A DNA stretch of 64,000 nucleotides from the human T2T-CHM13v2.0 reference genome, Homo sapiens. The notes beneath the pieces are model-generated. The model did not search any database and was not told the DNA's origin. It was given only the letters and a program-made list of their open reading frames with translations. Location: NCBI RefSeq assembly GCF_009914755.1, contig NC_060935.1, one strand, 5' to 3'. The number at the start of each line of letters is the position of its first letter. Within the stretch, counting starts at the first letter, position 1. Below, in pieces: positions 1-13,317 of this stretch. The position numbers and the translations under genes are program-made.

Positions 1-214
1 AGGAAAACCCTTGATTGAATGCCCTTTGGAAATCAGAGGTCTCTCCTGCTCATGGTTTCAGGGAGAGAGCACCCTCCTATCCCCAAAAGTTCCCAGGACC
101 TGAAGAATTCATTTGCACTCATCCCATTAAGAGCTTTTGCTCAGTACAGTGGCACATGGGGACAAGTTGTTCTGAGAAAGACGATCGAGCTCTGATAGAC
201 TGAGACACGCTGAA

Positions 215-332
215 GACAGAGTTGAATCTCAGCAGTCTAATGGGCCCAGTGAGGCAGTAAATTTCGCAGCAACTTGACACATTAATATAGAAGTACAGTC
301 TGTTATATCAAAGGGAGATTGTCTTAGTCCTT
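215..332 (+). mobile_element. Ancient CR1/L3 LINE fragment
   Basis: cacattaatatagaagtacagtc...agggagattgtcttagtcc resembles the L3 RT 3' motif 'cattaatagaagtatag...agggaggtgatagtcc'; very diverged. Confidence 0.4.
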
Positions 333-719
333 AAGGGGAAACCAGCAATCCAAAAATGAAAAGTGTGCACTGGCGACTTGTGAAAAATGTAGTTAACACT
401 GAGAGCTGAAGTATAGAGCTTTACGCCTTCCCTGGTATGAGTTCTCATCAAGGGCAGGCTCTGGTCCCTCCTGGAGACCACACACCCCATAACATCCACA
501 TCTCCTAACCCTGGCTCTTAGCAACCTTGGCATCTTTGCAGCCTGAGAGAAGGGGAACCAGCAAACAAGTTTTTATTTGGTCCCATGGGACAACGCAGGC
601 TCTGTCTTTCTAACGCTGTGTTTTCCCTTATGTCTTTGTGCCACCATAGCAGCTTGGAGCACATTTCTGTATGACTCCGCAGGGGGGAAACCCAACAACT
701 TAATTATCCAATAATAGGG

Positions 720-1030
720 AGACATATTGGTAAATTACAGAATGTCCACTGGAGAAATATGACGAATCTGTTTAAATGATCTTTATAAAAATTAAATGGA
801 AAGAAACATGAGAAGTATTTATGATTTAATGCTCAATGAAAATGTAGACTACAGCACTGTCAGAATAGATGTAAAATCATGAATTCATAGCAGTCAGGAC
901 TGGAAAGTAATAAGTGCAGATGGAACTAGTTATGTTAGAAGAAAGAGATTATGCAGGGTTTTTTTCATTTTCAAATTCATTTAACAATGTTGTAACATTA
1001 TATTCTTAAGGTGTATATTTTTAATAAACC
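720..1030 (+). mobile_element. L1ME-type 3' UTR fragment
   Basis: tttatgatttaatgctcaatgaaaatg...actggaaagtaa...gattatgcagg...ttttcaaattc follows the L1ME 3'-end layout. Confidence 0.45.
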
Positions 1031-2569
1031 AGAGGAAATAAGAGCTAACTTAATTTATTAACACCTTTTGCCTTTCTTGCTTAGTAATTATCTAATACTA
1101 ATACTTTCAGCACACACATTTAATCTTCTCCCAAAGCTACAGCCAAAGTATAACTGGAGACAGAAGGTGCTTTAGTTCTTACACCTATGGTTCTATCCGG
1201 TTCTATCCTTCCTACCTCCCTTTACTCACTTCTCAGTGGCTTAAGAGTTAAACATGGTCCTTGTATAATAGAAAATTCATTTAACCAAATCAATGTGCAC
1301 TGGTCTGCAGAAGAATTAATTCCATAGGGGCCTTTCCATCCTTCTTTTTATTTTGTTTTCTTTTTGCTTCATATAATGCTCTGAAAGAGATTTAACATGA
1401 GGGTAAGATTTGATTAAATGATCCTAGCAGCTTGGGGTCTGGGGGATTTGAGTCCTGTCCAGACCACGTCTTATGTACTTTGGAAGAGGGTCTAGATGAC
1501 TACACATCTGGAGCAACAGCATTTTCAGTCTTTAAAAGGAAGAGGTCTTTAATGTGATAGAATTAAAGTAGCTAGAGGCAACCAAGCGTGACTTGCCCCA
1601 ATTCAGGTAAATGCTGTTCCCCACACCAAGAATTACATGATGCTTCCTATAGATCATCATGAAGGTGAAGCAACAATCTCCCAGTTACATGGGTTATAGT
1701 CATTTAATGATTTAATTTTGTGTTTCCAGCTATATTTTAACTTCAAAAATAGCCAAGCTTCAATACAACTAAACAAATCAACCACATCCTGTCCCCTGTG
1801 TCTACATATGCTTTTAGTCCAACTGAATGCAAAGGACCTAGTCAGGTTCTATAGGTGTCAGGCTAACTGCTCTCCTATGTTTTGGTTTATTTGTGATTGT
1901 GTATAAAGTTACATCCAACTGGATGGGAGTCTCCCAGGAAAGGAAGAACTGTATCTCACCTACTTTGTTCACACATAGGTAACAAAATTTGTTTTGAAAA
2001 GTAAATTATTTTGCTGGCCTCTGATGGCTAAGCAATGGGGATGGGGCAGAAAACTAAGGCAGAGAAGAGAGCTCAGCTCTGAATCCTGTCCCACCTTCCT
2101 ACATCTTAAACCTGAAAATGGACTTAAAAAAGTTCACATATTTCTTATGAATAACCCTAACAGACACATACTTTTAGGTAGAGAAAACTTTTTCCTTTTG
2201 GACTAAAGATTAGAGGCAATGTCTGCTGGGAGAAACTGGGCTGCTTCTGCTTGACTGCCATGAGGTCTGGGGTTGCTCCTGGCACTGGTGGATACTCGGA
2301 AGCCCCAGTGTATTATCTCAAGGGGAGGGAATTCCAAGGCATTCCAGGTATTCTTATGAAGACAGACACCTGCCCATGATAAGGAATGACTTGTCTCAAT
2401 CCCGGAAACATGGGTAGAGTTGTAAACAGTCAACCCAAGAACTGCAGCCCCCAGTGAAACAAACTGGGCTCAAATTACTAATAAATCATCTATATCTCAG
2501 GGCCCAGACAGAGCTATCTTAGCATGAGCAATAACAGAAAGAAATGATGGGACAACTATTCACACATAC

Positions 2570-2571
<2 letters not shown>

Positions 2572-2607
<36 letters not shown>

Positions 2608-2619
2608 AGAGAGAGAGAG
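2572..2619 (+). repeat. (TG)16 plus (AG)6 compound microsatellite
   Basis: Read directly. Confidence 0.95.
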
Positions 2620-3297
2620 TGCCTGCAAAAGACAAAGGATCCCATGTACAATTGGGAAAGAGAACAATTTTATGATAATTTCTACTATAGAACAACCTAA
2701 AAACAGTTTATTCAATAAAATAGAAGCTAATACCAATGAAAGGACATTGAAAGAAAGATCATAAACCTAAGTAAACAAGTTGAAGGTCAAACAATAGACT
2801 TGGAGAAAAGATATAAGAACTATCAAGAAATAGAATAGACACTGCTAAAAAATCAAAACGCCCACATAGCAAAAAAGTTTAAATAATCCCAGTGATGCAA
2901 ACAACAGCAACAATATAAAAATAACTAGATTAAAGTATGCAGAGTATGCATTTTGGAAACCACTACTACACATAGAAGGCAGTCAATGATAACCTATAGT
3001 AAGGCTAATTGGACTCCTGGAATATTCAACTAAACAAGTGAAATAAAAGATGTTTTCAAAGATAAGATACAAGAAAATTTTCACCAAAATGAAGGAAGAA
3101 TGGACTCTTAAAATTGGAAAGTTACGAAAGTTTCCAGGACATTTTGATATAGAGTAGTCAATATGGAGATATGCTTTCCATTTAAGCCACTTAATTTCAA
3201 AGATAAAGAGGTAATCATTCAGTCATGCAGGCAGCAAAACGAATCATCTGCAAGAGGAAAATAATAGGAGTGTCTTCAGAGTTGTTTTTTTGTTTAA

Positions 3298-3689
<392 letters not shown>

Positions 3690-3744
3690 AAATTACAGTT
3701 TTAAAAGAAAGTTTGTTTGATCCAAGATTATTATGCTTAGGCTA

Positions 3745-4053
3745 TTTTTTGTTTGTTTGTTTGTTTGTTTGACATGAGGCCTTGCTCTGTTGGCCAGACT
3801 GGAGTGCAGTGGTGTGATCATGGCTTATTGTAGCCTCGAACTTTTGGCTTCAAGTGATCCTCTCATCTCAGCCTCCTGAGAAACCGGGTCTACAGGCACG
3901 TGCCACTGTGCCAGGCTAACTTTTTATTTTTTTTATGAAATTGTGGGTCTTTCTTTGTTGCTTATGCTGGTATTAAACTCTTGACTCAAGCAATCCTCTC
4001 ACCTTCGCTTCTCAAAGTGCTGGGATTACAGTTGTGAGTCACTGAGCCCAGCC
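3745..4053 (-). mobile_element. AluJ, full length
   Basis: Dimeric Alu with J-type gatcatggcttattgtagcctcgaac and ctcaagcaatcctc; (TTTG)n tail. Confidence 0.9.
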
Positions 4054-4061
4054 ATAGGCTG

Positions 4062-4367
4062 ATTTTTTATTTATTTATTTACTTTTTGAAAGAGAGTTTT
4101 GCTCTTGTTTCCCAGGCTGGAGTGTAATGGCGCAAACTCAGCTCACTGCAACCTCCTCCTGGGTTCAAGAGATTCTCTTGCCCCAGCCTCCCAAGTAGCT
4201 GGGATTACAGTCATGCACCACCATGCCCAGCTAATTTTTGTGTTTTTAGTAGAGATGGAGTTTCCCCATGTTGGTCAGGCTGGTCTCAAACTCCTGACCT
4301 CAGGTGATCCGCTCACCTCGGCCTCCCAAAGTGCTGGGATTACAGGCATGAACCACTGTGCCCGGCC
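4062..4367 (-). mobile_element. AluS (Sp/Sq-like), full length with TSD
   Basis: gctcttgtt, gttggtcaggctgg and cctcaggtgatcc diagnostics; TSD ataggctgatttttt on both sides. Confidence 0.92.
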
Positions 4368-5182
4368 TATAGGCTGATTTTTTTTATAGTTCACCAATAC
4401 AGTGTCATGTAAGCATTTTCAAACAAGAAAGGACTTAGGAAATGTGGCATCTAAGAATAAAACTCTACATAATTCCAAAATTTAGCATATTAATTCAAAA
4501 ATCAAAAAAAGTAACTTGACAATATAGAAGACAAGATTTTAAAAAAAACAGATGGTTAAGCCAGGGCCATTTAAAAAATTACGGGAATTTGTGGCTAAAG
4601 AACAAAATGAGGAGTTTATATACCTGAATATATACACATAAAATTAACAGATATCAAGTAGAGGTAGGAGGAGCAAAGATAGGGTAAAATGCAAATATAG
4701 TAGTGGTATCATCTTCATTGGAGGCAATCAATTGATGCTACTTAAATTTAAAGCATTTTTTTATTAAAAAGGAGACCTAGATACAGGGAAGCCAATCTAT
4801 TAATGATTTTTCACAATCCTATCCTCTTAACAGTAGAGGGATATTTTAAGACCTAATATGTTTATTTGAAGGTCAATTATTCCTTCATTTGCACTTAAAT
4901 TTCTTTTTCTTTTTTGATAAATTTAAGTGATCAATGAGTTAATACTTTTATTTAAAATAAAATATGATTTTAATTTCATAAAGGATAATAATCCATTAAT
5001 CTACAGAACTAGCTAGTTAACTGGATTCTGTTTATGTATGTGTGCTGCTCTCTGTAAACAGAGATGACTGTGTGAAATGTGGTTACAGAACTGGGCTCCC
5101 TGATAAGAGTGAAGATGATCAGATCCCAAAATAATGGTTAACAGATTATAGGATTCCCCAATAATACAGGCCAGGTAACAGT

Positions 5183-5583
5183 TGTAAAATAAAAACTTTA
5201 GACAAGTTAAATGTAACAATGTAATTGGGCAAAGAATGATTTGCAAATTGGCAAGCCCTTAGAGCTGAAATAAGTTCAAAGTGTCTCTGTGCCTGCCACA
5301 TGGTTAGATAACATTTATCGACAGAAAACAGAAAGTAGCATACAGAAAACTAAAGTAAGGTATGGAAGCAGCTGGACTGGTGACACCCATTTGCCTTATT
5401 TGAACAGTTGGCTGCCTATGACTGGCCCAGCCTTCATAGGCTGTGATTGGCAGACTCGTTACAAGAGTAGGTTACAGTCTGTCTACACATCCAGTTGACT
5501 TATGGTTCACTATGTATGGAGACATCTTTAGGCCAAATCTAAATTATGTAAGGAGGCAGCTTTGGGTTAAATTTAAATTAACA
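5183..5583 (-). mobile_element. MER57-family ERV1 LTR
   Basis: Minus strand begins TGTTAATTTAAATTTAACCCAAAGCTGCCTCCTTACATA and ends TTGTCTAAAGTTTTTATTTTACA. Confidence 0.85.
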
Positions 5584-6016
5584 ATTCTCCACTTTTGGTC
5601 AACCTCTCAATTTTGAGAGGTTGGCCAAAACTTTAGGCATCGATGTCACTCTGTCTCATTCGTGAATGGACTATTTGGTCTCAAATTCTACTGGGAAGTA
5701 GCAGAACAGAGGGTTTTGTAAGATGGGAGCAAGGAAACAGACAACAGAAAAAAAATACTGATTGGTTAATATAGGGTTATTTAAGGTTACTTTTTGGAAA
5801 GGTTAGAGAAGAGGGACTTATGTTGAAATTTCCTGTTTTCAGAATAAAAAAAGAAAAAAAAAACTGGTCTCTTTTGGGATTTATCTGCTTCCTTAACATT
5901 TCAGTTTGATTACTTGACATTTAGCATGAATGACTCCATTTTGGCTTTCTCTGGCCTATCATGGCCTAGTGCATAAGCTGAGTCCAAAACAACAGCCCCG
6001 ATAATTTTGTTTAACA
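5584..6016 (-). mobile_element. ERV1 (MER4/MER57-group) LTR-like 5' segment plus internal 3' end with PPT
   Basis: Minus strand starts TGTTAAACAAAATTAT...GTTTTGGACTCAGC...GCACTAGGCC; ends GACCAAAAGTGGAGAAT just before the MER57 TG; whole 5183-6016 unit flanked by CAGT. Confidence 0.7.
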
Positions 6017-6820
6017 CAGTGATAAGTCATCAAAATCAAGATCAGGCAATTGTCACAATGAGTGACATTTAAGTGTCACTAAGGACGGGTCAAATTTTTC
6101 AAGACCTATGGAGATATGGACTAAAACATGATGTACTTAGAGCCAAGAGAGATGAGTTCTGCTTAATTTGTACAATCTAAAGAAATCAGGGACAAATTAT
6201 CAGAAGTCTGAGGATAGTTACCGCAATAAAACTTACCATCTCTTGCCCAGTTTCTGGATCTTAAATAGTTTTAAGACTCAGAATCCATTGCAGGAAACAG
6301 AGCTGGCAAAGATTTCAATAGAAATTCCTTCATTCCTTCCTAAAGGGACTGAAAGCCATTTTCTCAAACATCCACACATTTGGAAAGGGGTAAGTTGTTG
6401 GATGCAGAATCTGAATTGACATTGTTACTCAGGATCCAAAGCATCATTACACCTGCCTTCTAGAAGGGAGGTGTGGGGGAGACAGCTGGCTTCCTCTCCC
6501 ATGCCTTGTGTAGGGTGGGGGCACTGAGTCCACAGACCCACATGAGGATCATTTCAGTTCCCAAATGTACAATAGGATGGACACTGCACCCACATTGTTT
6601 CATTTGCCTATTAACAGCTACCATAGTCGGGAAGCCCAAGTGGAAATCTTTGTACATGCCTCTGCCCCATCCCTAATCAAACTAGCAAGTAAAAGAAAAA
6701 TGAAACTGCATCTCTGAGATTCTCAATTTCTGAGACTTAAAGAAATGTGATATTTCCCTGTTATATCCCCATGTACCTCTGAAATTTTTCTTTCTCCTAC
6801 ACAAGTCAGATAGGTCATGT

Positions 6821-7024
6821 GTGATTACAGTGGACTGTCACAAACTTAACCAAATAGTAACTCTCATTCCAGCTGCTGTGCCAGATGTGGTATCTCTGCT
6901 AGGGCAGATTAAAACAGACTGTGGGGCTTGTTATGTGGTCAGTGATATAGTGAATGCATCCTTTTCCTTTCCTATCAGAAGGGAAAATCAGAAGCATTTT
7001 GTATACTCCTGGGATGAACAATAA
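6821..7024 (+). pseudogene. ERVL reverse-transcriptase fragment (non-functional)
   Basis: Translation matches the ERVL RT block MTVDYRKLNQVVTPIAAAVPDVVSLLEQI...DLANAFFSIP...QKQFAFSW; surrounded by stops and frameshifts. Confidence 0.9.
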
Positions 7025-9004
7025 TGTGCATTTATGGTTTGTCCCAGGGCTACGACAACTCTCCAGCTTTCTGACGTATTCCAAAGGGACACAGACTGCC
7101 TGGACACTTGGTAGAATATCACATTAATCTACTATATCAATGACACTGTGCTCAATAGAACAGATGAACAAGGAGTGGCAAGTACATTGGAGGCTCTGGT
7201 AAGGTGTGTTTACTCCACAGAGAAGGAATGAACCCTGCAAAGACTCAGAGGTGTATGATATCATGAAATTTTTAGGGATTCAGTAGTCTACAACATTCTA
7301 AGACAGTCTCTCAAAAATAAAGAACAAATTATTGCATTTCTTGCTTCCCAACACTAATAAAGAAGCACAAGGCTTGGGAGCCCTCTGCAGGCTCTGGAGG
7401 CAGAATATTATGCATTCGGGCATATGCATTCGGGCATACTAATATGATTTGTTTACTGGGTGACATAGAAGTTGGCAGCCTTTGTTGACTGAGATCCAGA
7501 ATAGAAAGCTGCTCTGCAGCCAGTCCAGGCTGCAGTGCAAGCATTCCTGAGGCATAAGCCAAATGACCAACAGACTTGATGATACTGGAGCTAACTAGCA
7601 TGGGGAAAGATGCAAAGTGAAGCTTATAGCAAGCACTAATAGAAGAATCTCCACAAAGATTCTGAGGGGTTTGCAAAAGGACATAACATCTCCAACAGAG
7701 AACTATACATCATTCACAAAGCAACATCAATAATATTAGGTGGTTTAGGAAGAGACAAACTATCTGCTTACCAGACATCAAATGACTGTAGTCAGAGCTG
7801 TCCTTCATGGTCTTGATTCTTCAGACACATCAAATCATAAGATTGGGCAGCCCAACAGCAAAACATCAGAAGATTAGGCAAAGCCATAGTCAGAGGACAC
7901 AGGAGGCTGCACAATCAGTTAGCACATTTACAAGCTGTCCATCACGACTGCAAATGTGCCTCTCCCCCAGCCCACACCAGTGATGCTGAGGATGTGACCA
8001 GATGTTGGAGGAGGACAAAGGACTTTCTCTATTCATGCGTGAGCCTGAGCATTTTCTTCAGTGACAGGGCATCCTTCACAATATTGCCTTGAGCTAGAGC
8101 ACCCACTTTACACCTAAGGGGGCACTGCCATGAACATAGGGCCATGAGAATTCCATGATTCTACCACATTCTGAGCTTTTCTAAAGCTCCTCCCCTAATG
8201 GAATTGTGAGTGGCTTCTTAAAATTGCAGCTGAGGTGTCAACTTGGTGGCAGTACCCTGTAAGTATTCCATTTTATGGGGCTGGTTTCTCAAGAGGTGAA
8301 ATGCATCAGTACAGAGACCAAAGAGTAGAAGTAGGAGCTACCCTGATTACCATCTACCCTAGTGATTCACTTGAGAAACCTGCTCTTCCTGTTCTTGCAA
8401 TTTCAGGATATGAGGGTAGAAGTTATGGTTCCCAGAGGTGCAGGGCCTCCCCTTGGGGATACAGAATGAGTCCCACCATACTTTACATTATAGTTGCCAC
8501 CAGGCCACTTAAAGCTCCTCATGCCGTGAGATCAGAAAACCAGAGAAGTCACCACATTGATAGCGACAATTGATTCTGATCACCAGGATCAGAATCCTGG
8601 TGGTAGGGCTGCTTTCACATCATGGGGGCATCAGGTAAGACTATGTTTGGGATCTGGTGGTTCCCTGGGGCAGCTTTTGATGTCCCATGTCCGGTTTTAA
8701 TAGTAAATGGACAAACACAGTAGCCACAGCTGAGCAGATCATAGAAACTAGGCTTCAGACCCCACAGAAATGAGGTTCTTGGTCAACCCACAAGGCCAAG
8801 TGTCTAGACCAGCAGAGATGCTGGCTGAGATGGGGGGAGTCTAGAACAGATGCCAGTGGAAGAAAAATAAAAATGATCAATCATAGCCTTGTATTACTAC
8901 AGCAATGGATTCCACAGTCCATCCCTCTAACCTAGGAAACAAGACCATTCCAAAACTTTGAACAGCTGTTCCTAGATGACTGCAATTCCTCTAAGAAGCA
9001 AGCA

Positions 9005-9378
9005 GATGTGAGCAGCTCTGCTCCAGCCCCTTCTTTAGGGATGATTCACTGCCCCTTGGCTGCCAGGAATACCCACTGACAGTAGCTCAGAACTGAGTTT
9101 CTCTATGGGAATGGCTTTTACATGTAGGACTTCCATGTGTAAGGCTGGGCCCACTCAGGAGAGAATCCATGGCCAGTGTCTAACTGATTGAGGAAAATGA
9201 AAGTCTCACCAGGGATTGGCCACAGCTTCACCTGTAGCCAGGTTGTGCGTCAGCTTCTCTTTCTGTCCGGTTCTGCCTTCTTCACTTCTGTACAGATATA
9301 TCTCCCAGAAGCACTTCCCAATAAACTCTCGGCAAGCAACTCTATCTCAGATTCTGTTCCAAGCAATGCAATCTAACA
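9005..9378 (+). mobile_element. LTR16-family ERVL LTR (3' LTR of the ERVL remnant)
   Basis: cccagaagcacttcccaataaactc...caactctatctcagattctg...ctaaca matches the LTR16 3' end. Confidence 0.75.
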
Positions 9379-9414
9379 TAATCTGCCCAAACTCGCATAT
9401 AACTACAATGCAAC

Positions 9415-9505
9415 ACTGAGAAATAGACCTTCATTATGTTGAGTCTCTATAATTCTGGGATTGTTTATTAGCACGATATAGCCTATCTTGGTTTGCATTT
9501 GATAC
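9415..9505 (+). mobile_element. MLT1 LTR 3' fragment
   Basis: tgagaaatagacct...ttgtttattagcac...atagcctatc resembles the MLT1 terminus. Confidence 0.5.
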
Positions 9506-9807
9506 GCAATAAATAATGTCTATGGATCCTTGAAAGTGAACATAACCTCCATCAGTTATGAAAATTTGGTACAAAGATAGTCTGAAGAATATGCAATCCA
9601 TCTAATATTCTGAGTATCATAGATTTTAGAATCAACCAGACAAAAATGCATAGAAACCATTGTTTTATACCAAAACTCCCAACTTCCTCTACACTGTTTA
9701 ATCCCTCACCCAACACCACTTTAATAAAGAACACTTTGGTATTTGCCTACAGTTTCCATGTGGATGCTATAAAAAAAAGTAGCCCATTGAACATCTCTAT
9801 TGTTATT

Positions 9808-10250
9808 TTTTCATTCAACAAATGTTTATTTACTGTTTATTTTGTGCCAAATACTGAGAACTAGAATTATCTAGCTGAGATTAACTGAATCATGATCCCT
9901 GTCCTCATGGAGAATTAAACAAACAAGTAAGTGAATGAATAGAAACTTTCAGATTCTGAAAATTGCTACAATGGAAAGTAACATGTTGCTATTCGAGACA
10001 CAAGAAGATAATAGATTTTGGACTAGGTGATCAGAGAAGGCTCTCTGAGGAGGTAACATTTAAGTGCAGGTTTGAAGGACCAGTTGAAGTACCAGGCAAA
10101 GGCCGGGTGTCCTAGGCCACTAGGATACAGTGGAGAGGAACTTCTCCTTTGTAAGCTTAACCCAGGAGGAGAGAATAGGAGAATGGGCAGAGTGACTGGA
10201 GCATAGTTAAGAAGACGAAAAGTGGAGCAAGATGAATTGGAAAGGAAGTC
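9808..10250 (-). mobile_element. L2 3' fragment
   Basis: ttcattcaacaaatgtttatt...gtgcc; gatccctgtcctcatggag; tcagagaaggctctctgaggaggtaacatttaag. Confidence 0.8.
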
Positions 10251-10914
10251 TCTTTTGCGGGGGAGAAATTTTCCTTAGATATTTTTTCTGGGAAGTTGTT
10301 AAATTTTTTATGTTAAGGGCCAGAGAGAGTAACTAGTACAGTCTAAGCATCATATGCTGTTTCTGTAGCTTATTCTTCTGCATGTTTTTAAACAACACTT
10401 GAACATGTAAAACTCTCCTTGGCTCATGCTTTGGCCAGCTGGGCTTAGTTTGCTGACCCCTGACCTAAGTGAGATTGGTGTGTTTCTATTTATGGGCAAT
10501 GCAGATCTTTTAATGACCTTCTTTTCCTCTTTGCCTCACAAATCAGGAAACTCACAGCTGAATTCCTATCTTCCTAGTTCTGCAGGGCTTTATAACATTT
10601 ATTTTAATACATAAACTGCATATTCTTACTATTCAAATTTTATTTCTTGATATATATTATATACATAATAAAGAGGTCTGGATTTAAAATTTATTTTATA
10701 TCTTTCTGTAACCTACTTCAAATATTTTTTGAATAAAATGAACATGGGTAAATGAATGGAAGGATGAACAAATCTAAGGCTAAAACAAAGGTGCCTCCCC
10801 CAGGACCACATCTACACAGTAGTGTGTAGTACAGTGTTCATTTCACAGAAATGAAGAAAATGGATGTCTGAAGCAGATCATTTAATCATCTATGGCTTTC
10901 ATGTTGGTAATATC

Positions 10915-11137
10915 AATAACAATAACCAGAGGAATCATGATTTTTCAGCATCTGTGGTTTATAAGGCCATGTTATGAATGCTTTCCATGGACGGTTTTAT
11001 TTAAAATTCTCAACATCTCCATGAGGTAGGTAAAATTCACGTTTTACAGATAAAGTCAAACAGATTAGAAAGCTTACTTAGCACTTTAGTGGAACCTAGG
11101 TTTTCGTGACTCCAAAGACTCTGCTCTTAACCATGAC
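10915..11137 (-). mobile_element. MIR
   Basis: catgaggtaggt...gttttacagataa...tgactccaaagactctgctcttaacca. Confidence 0.7.
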
Positions 11138-12009
11138 TCTACATGAATTAAACAAACGGCACACACGCATGACACCAGCATAAACAATAGAGCAGTTAAG
11201 CGGTGACCAGGGTCCCATTGTGGGCCACTGTCCAACACATCAACATCCCTTTGTGTACTCTGCCTGCCGGGTGCCCTTTCGTCCTGGAGATTCTGGTTTC
11301 CTTGAAAATTTATCTGACAGCTTGCCAAACACTAAACACACTTTTTAATAAATGTATATTTTTTAAGTTTATAAGGCTAAGGTAATTATCTCAGCACTTT
11401 CCATAATCCTCTAGAAGAACCAGTATCTTCCAGAAACCTTTGAAAAACAACCTATTTAAAACCAATGTCCCCTAGATCTTAGATTGCCTGTATTTCTCCT
11501 CCCTTCCGTCTTCTCTCCTGCTCAGATTTGCACAAAGCAAGATTGTTGTTCAATGAGAATCTCTCTCCTTCTGTTAGTTATCCCCGGCCTGAGGCTGTAT
11601 AATCTCCTGCATGTGATGCCACAATCATCGCCCCCCTTTGGAGTTGCTGTGGAAATGATTATGGCGCCACAGACAGAGACGGGTGTGAGGAGAGCACTTT
11701 GGAGAAATGCAGATCCTTGAACCAGGCAGGTGGCTCTTAATCCCAAAGACTGGGAGTCTAGACACAAAGCCATTTTTTCTCTCTCTCAAGAAATGTGTTT
11801 CATATACCAAGTGGTTCTTAAATTAAACACTAAGAAATCTGCTTCATTACTTGTAGAGTAAAAGAGGAGCTGCACTTTGTACCTTTTATGTTTGACCTTT
11901 CCATCAATTTCCTTTAGCAATATTAAGTACCTGATTCTCCAAGTTCTAAGAGGTTGGATACATGGCACCAGGATCTAATGATCTAATCACAGGATCAGGG
12001 AGTTTGTCA

Positions 12010-12195
12010 CTCTGAATTTTAATCCTCCACTGTGCTGAGAAATTTTCATATCGCCTTGAACAAGCGAGTTCATCTCTCTTTGTCTCAGTCTCCTCATCTT
12101 TAAAATGGTAACAGTGAGGATTCTGCCTCCACAGGCACCTATGAGGATTAATTAGTTAAAATAAATGAGATGTTACGTAGATGCTGAGTACAGTA
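12010..12195 (+). mobile_element. MIR
   Basis: tctcagtctcctcatctttaaaatgg core; tatgaggattaa. Confidence 0.75.
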
Positions 12196-13317
12196 TTATT
12201 TTGTGGTTTATCAGAGGAATAAAAGGAAACATCATCCCTGCATCTCTGAGAAATATTAGCACATACACATTTCACTAGAGACATTTATGTGTTCCTGTGT
12301 GTATAAAGATAGGAAGAAAGATGGATGGGTAAACAGATTGATACTATATAGTGGGGATAAAGCTGTGCCCAGTTTTGCAGTGTAGCAATCAAACGTGATA
12401 TACTCAGGTGAAGAACAGGCAGTGAGAGGAGATGAACACTGGGGAAGAAAGTGTAGATTCTGTTTCTAGGCAAGTGTCCTTAATAGTAAAAAATGAGGCA
12501 GCAGAAATACAGAAAATGTGTGTGATATAAACAGAGTTGTTTCCAAATAGAAAGCTATACGAAGAGCAATATCAACTCATCAAGTCAAAGTGAGACGGAA
12601 GCCTCTCTCTAGGCTTTGTCTAAGTGAGGAATATTTTCCAAAGGTCTAGGGGGCCACAAGCTGCTTTTCAAAGTGTGCATGTTTTGCGGGTATATCGGCA
12701 CAGGCCTGTGCACGTGGAGGCATTGTGAGAGATGGACCAGTTCATTGCTGTACCTTGGAGCCTGAGGGAGGGGCATATGGAGGGAGAGATCTGTGGGGAA
12801 AAATTAAAAACCCAACCCAGGATAAGCCAGGGTACCTGGCTGGTATCTGGAAAAAAAATGGAGAAAATGGGGATCCAAGTTACCATAATAGGTTGAGAGA
12901 CAGCAAAGGGCCAGGGGCCTCAACTGCTGGAATACTGGTGACTGTCCAGGCCCAGGCTTTGCCAAGACTTTGAGCTGTCTGATGTATATAAACTAGTGGT
13001 TTACCTTGTTGGGTGGGTGACGGGGTCCTCCAGTGAGTGAGCATGCCCATAGCAAGAGACCTGCAGTGCAGGACCCTCCTTGACATGCTTGGCTTAAGCT
13101 TTCTGAGCACAACCAGGATTCGTAGACCAGAGCTCATTCTTGGTTACATACGTACCTGCATTCATTGTATGTTTCCCCCAAAAAAAGGAGTGGTCCAGAA
13201 TGTACAAAGATCAAAGGAAGACCCACCAAAATCACAAATGATTGATGACCAACCTCTTGGTCTAAGACCTAGTAATTCTGTGTGTACCTGGAACGTAGTA
13301 AACACACAAAATAATTG

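Larger units (their letters stand above)
5040..9000 (+). mobile_element. ERVL-class internal region (HERV16/ERV3-16A3-like) with decayed gag end, protease and pol; interrupted at 5183-6016
   Basis: gag end gttacagaactgggctccctg; protease remnant ttgttggatgcagaatctgaattgaca (LLDxxSELT, about 6396); RT ORF TVDCHKLNQIVTLIPAAVPDVVSLL; YIND for YIDD at about 7133; ends in an LTR16-like LTR. Confidence 0.85.

Noticed and set aside
4099-4377. Alu-like ORFs (also 3331, 25776, 40099, 53559, 63633)
   Set aside because: Standard Alu read-through peptides with no gene context.
7409-7436. Short exact tandem duplications (14 bp here and at 27042, 15 bp at 37480)
   Set aside because: Ordinary slippage duplications with two copies only; not an array or CRISPR-like structure.
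5040-9000. Possible domesticated ERVL gene
   Set aside because: Many stops and frameshifts, degraded catalytic motifs (YIDD to YIND, DTG to DAE) and a nested LTR insertion.
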